DNA of 64,000 nucleotides from NCBI RefSeq assembly GCF_057098645.1, contig NZ_CM169472.1; one strand, 5' to 3'. Shown piece by piece: positions 61,616 to 64,000 of this stretch (position 1 is its first letter; each line of letters starts with the position of its first letter). The notes under the pieces were generated by a model. It saw only the letters and a program-made list of their open reading frames with translations, ran no database searches and was not told where the DNA came from. The position numbers and the translations under genes were made by a program.

Positions 61616-61831
61616 ATGAAATCCATGGATAAGTTAACAACGGGTGTCGCCTATGGCACCTCAGCAGGTAGTGCCGGTTACTGGTTTTTACAGCTGCTCG
61701 ATAAAGTCACGCCCTCACAGTGGGCAGCAATAGGTGTGCTGGGTAGCCTGGTATTTGGCCTGCTGACGTACCTGACAAACCTTTATTTCAAGATTAAAGA
61801 AGATAAGCGCAAGGCTGCGAGAGGTGAATAA
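61616..61831 (+). CDS. S: Class II holin (S21-type pinholin) with dual-start motif
   Basis: ORF 61553..61831; from [71 protein letters not shown] (Met1 and Met4). Confidence 0.8.
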
Positions 61832-62328
61832 TGCCTCCATCATTACGAAAAGCAGTTGCTGCTGCTATTGGTGGCGGAGCAATTGCTATAGCATCAGTGT
61901 TAATCACTGGCCCAAGTGGTGACGATGGCCTGGAAGGTGTCAGCTACATACCATACAAAGATATCGTTGGCGTATGGACTGTATGTCACGGACACACCGG
62001 AAAAGACATCATGCTCGGTAAAACGTATACCGAAGCAGAATGCAAAGCCCTCCTGAATAAAGACCTTGCCACGGTTGCCAGACAAATTAACCCGTACATC
62101 AAAGTCGATATACCGGAAACAACGCGCGGCGCTCTTTACTCGTTCGTCTACAACGTGGGTGCTGGCAATTTCAGAACATCGACGCTTCTTCGCAAAATAA
62201 ACCAGGGCGATATCAAAGGCGCATGTGACCAGCTACGTCGCTGGATATACGCTGGCGGTAAGCAATGGAAAGGCCTGATGACTCGTCGTGAGATTGAGCG
62301 TGAAGTCTGTTTGTGGGGGCAACAATGA
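61831..62328 (+). CDS. R: SAR endolysin (T4-lysozyme-like muramidase with signal-anchor-release N-terminus)
   Basis: 165-aa ORF; Gly/Ala-rich SAR segment [20 protein letters not shown] then …[16 protein letters not shown]…; starts at the holin stop. Confidence 0.85.
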   Translation: MPPSLRKAVAAAIGGGAIAIASVLITGPSGDDGLEGVSYIPYKDIVGVWTVCHGHTGKDIMLGKTYTEAECKALLNKDLATVARQINPYIKVDIPETTRGALYSFVYNVGAGNFRTSTLLRKINQGDIKGACDQLRRWIYAGGKQWKGLMTRREIEREVCLWGQQ

Positions 62329-62792
62329 GCAGAGTAACCGCGATTATCTCCGCTCTGGTTATCTGCATCATCGTCTGCCTGTCGTGGGCGGTCAATCATT
62401 ACCGTGATAACGCCATCGCCTACAAAGAACAGCGAGATAAAAAAGTCAGTGAGCTGAAGCAGGCGACCGCCACCATTACTGACATGCAGCAGCGCCAGCG
62501 TTCTGCTGATGCACTCGATGCTAAATACACGAAGGAGTTAGCTGATGCGAAAGCTGAAAATGATGCTCTTCGGCGCAAGCTTGATAATGGTGGTCGGGTG
62601 TTCGTCAAAGGAAAATGCCCTGTGCCATCCTCAGCCGAAACCTCCAGCGCCTCCGGCATGGGCAATGATGCCACCGTCGAACTCTCTCCAGTTGCTGGAC
62701 GAAACGTTCTCGGTATCCGGGACGGAATTATCCGCGACCAAACAGCACTGAGAACGCTTCAGGAATACATCAGGACGCAATGCCTTCGATGA
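62325..62792 (+). CDS. Rz: i-spanin Rz
   Basis: ORF 62313..62792; from [46 protein letters not shown]… (N-terminal TM, coiled coil). Confidence 0.75.
   Translation: MSRVTAIISALVICIIVCLSWAVNHYRDNAIAYKEQRDKKVSELKQATATITDMQQRQRSADALDAKYTKELADAKAENDALRRKLDNGGRVFVKGKCPVPSSAETSSASGMGNDATVELSPVAGRNVLGIRDGIIRDQTALRTLQEYIRTQCLR
62545..62751 (+). CDS. Rz1: o-spanin Rz1 lipoprotein, embedded in the +1 frame of Rz
   Basis: 68-aa [24 protein letters not shown]… with lipobox VVGC and Pro-rich body, entirely inside Rz. Confidence 0.7.
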   Translation: MRKLKMMLFGASLIMVVGCSSKENALCHPQPKPPAPPAWAMMPPSNSLQLLDETFSVSGTELSATKQH

Positions 62793-63073
62793 TAGCGATA
62801 ATTTTACTCATCATCCTTCACATCTGGCTCTGTAGACAGGATGGTGATCACTTCTGGAGTGAATCCAGATTAAACATCTCATTGCTGATGCTTGATATTG
62901 AGCATCTTGCGCGCGGTAAGGGGCTGCGTTGAGATAAGAGCCAGTCATTACAAATACCAGGATTTAGCCTCGCATTCGCGGGGCTTTTTATTGCCATTAC
63001 AAAAGCCACTCCCTACAGAGTGGCTTTGATAATGGCTTATACCCTACACGGGATAGCTTAACTGATATCCCTT

Positions 63074-63289
63074 TTAACGGATAAAGGTATTCAAGCCTGA
63101 CACATCATGCGCTGTATCGTCGCCGTATTCCCGTATTAACAGAGACCGTAGCCCGACGGGGAACTCCTTCTGCGCGAGTGTGCGGGAATAATCAAAAACG
63201 ATGCACACCGGGTTTTTACCGCGTTTATGGTTCGCGGGTTTGTCCCTCATGCTCGCCAGTCCTGTGCGGGGGTGGAAGAAACAGGACAC
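63074..63289 (-). CDS. Hypothetical small protein between lysis cassette and packaging genes (possible moron)
   Basis: 71-aa ATG-initiated minus-strand ORF in otherwise non-coding DNA; no recognised motif. Confidence 0.25.
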   Translation of the reverse strand: MSCFFHPRTGLASMRDKPANHKRGKNPVCIVFDYSRTLAQKEFPVGLRSLLIREYGDDTAHDVSGLNTFIR

Positions 63290-63607
63290 TTACACAGATT
63301 CTTGTGGGCACGATGCTATGCCTTTCTGGATTATCCCGATGCCATTCATGCAAGGTGTTGTATCAGACGTTCGTCAGAGCTGTCAGGCTGACGGGTCCTC
63401 CCGGTGGGGTGGCCTGCCACGGGGCGGGAGCGTCGCGGAAAAAGGCTAGTTTTTGCATTTTTATCGGCCACCATCATCTTTTCATCTTATTGATTATTAA
63501 TGGTTATTTGTTTTTTGTATGTCGAATTGAGTGTTTTTTGTTCGACATCGAACGCGTTTTCTTAAAGTTGTTCGCACGATGCATGTTTAAAGCTCTCCGG
63601 AGGAAAT

Positions 63608-64000
63608 ATGGATCATGAGTTGAAAAACCTGGTGCTGAATATTAATCAACTGGCGGCTTTATCTGGTCTGCACCGCCAGACTGTCGTGGCAAGACTGAAA
63701 AACATTCGTCCCGCTGGTGGACATGACAAACTCAAGCTATACCGGTTGACCGATATTCTGACTGAATTTATGGGGTTACCACCGCCGGTTGCTGAGGGCG
63801 AAATGGATCCACATGAACGCAAAGCCTGGTATCAGTCTGAACGTGAGCGTCTTAAGTTCGAACAGGAAACGGCACAACTCATTCCGGCCAGTGATGTCAG
63901 ACGGGAGTTTGCCATCTGGGCAAAAGCGGTCGTGCAGGTGCTGGAGACATTACCGGATATTCTGGAACGTGACTGCGGCCTGCAGCCTGCCGCTGTGAGC
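63608..64000 (+). CDS. Terminase small subunit, N-terminal part (gene runs off the window end)
   Basis: Open frame from ATG about 63608: MDHELKNLVLNINQLAALSGLHRQTVVARLKNIRPAGGHDKLKLYRLTDIL…; HTH-like N-terminus; absent from the ORF track because no stop lies in the window. Confidence 0.5.
   Translation, partial: MDHELKNLVLNINQLAALSGLHRQTVVARLKNIRPAGGHDKLKLYRLTDILTEFMGLPPPVAEGEMDPHERKAWYQSERERLKFEQETAQLIPASDVRREFAIWAKAVVQVLETLPDILERDCGLQPAAVS

Larger units (their letters stand above)
44621..64000. mobile_element. Lambdoid prophage integrated in prfC (left junction inside window; right end beyond window)
   Basis: Break in prfC at about 44621; integrase, xis, cI/cro, replication, Q, lysis cassette and terminase follow in canonical order with local GC shifts. 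Confidence 0.85.

Noticed and set aside
63178-63618. 146-aa plus-strand ORF before the terminase gene
   Set aside because: Cys/Gly/Arg-rich low-complexity translation overlapping the predicted terminase start in another frame and the minus-strand 71-aa ORF.

Overview
This window is an Escherichia coli chromosomal segment syntenic with the K-12 98-100 min region (yjiN-mdtM ... dnaCT ... leuQPV-rsmC-holD-rimI-yjjG-prfC), with four strain-specific blocks. (1) Between yjiS and yjiA, where K-12 carries the hsd/mcr/mrr immigration-control region, there is a single penicillin G acylase gene (pga) interrupted by one in-frame TAG. (2) A complete 11-gene hpa 4-hydroxyphenylacetate catabolic cluster lies between btsT and tsr. 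(3) A TRAP transporter operon and a YjcE-like Na+/H+ exchanger sit between tsr and lgoR, where K-12 has lgoT. (4) From about 44.6 kb to the window end there is a lambdoid prophage inserted into the 5' end of prfC. The prophage carries a tyrosine integrase, then an AT-rich cargo island encoding a kinase-like/deoxycytidylate-deaminase fusion protein (the best candidate for an antiphage nucleotide-depletion gene), xis, YfdPQRS-like early-left genes, a cI/cro immunity switch with TGTACC-type operators, replication and nin-like genes (RusA, KilA-N, DUF968), antiterminator Q, a moron lipoprotein flanked by duplicated terminators, a FaeA/PapI-like regulator with an orphan beta-class DNA methyltransferase, an S21-like pinholin/SAR-endolysin/Rz/Rz1 lysis cassette and the start of a terminase small subunit. 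Three tRNA-Leu(CAG) genes are present; no rRNA or CRISPR array was found. Gene identities rest on reading the supplied translations against remembered protein families; no database search was run. Coordinates of features not in the ORF track (tRNAs, terminators, operators, small ORFs) were counted by eye and may be off by 1-2 nt.
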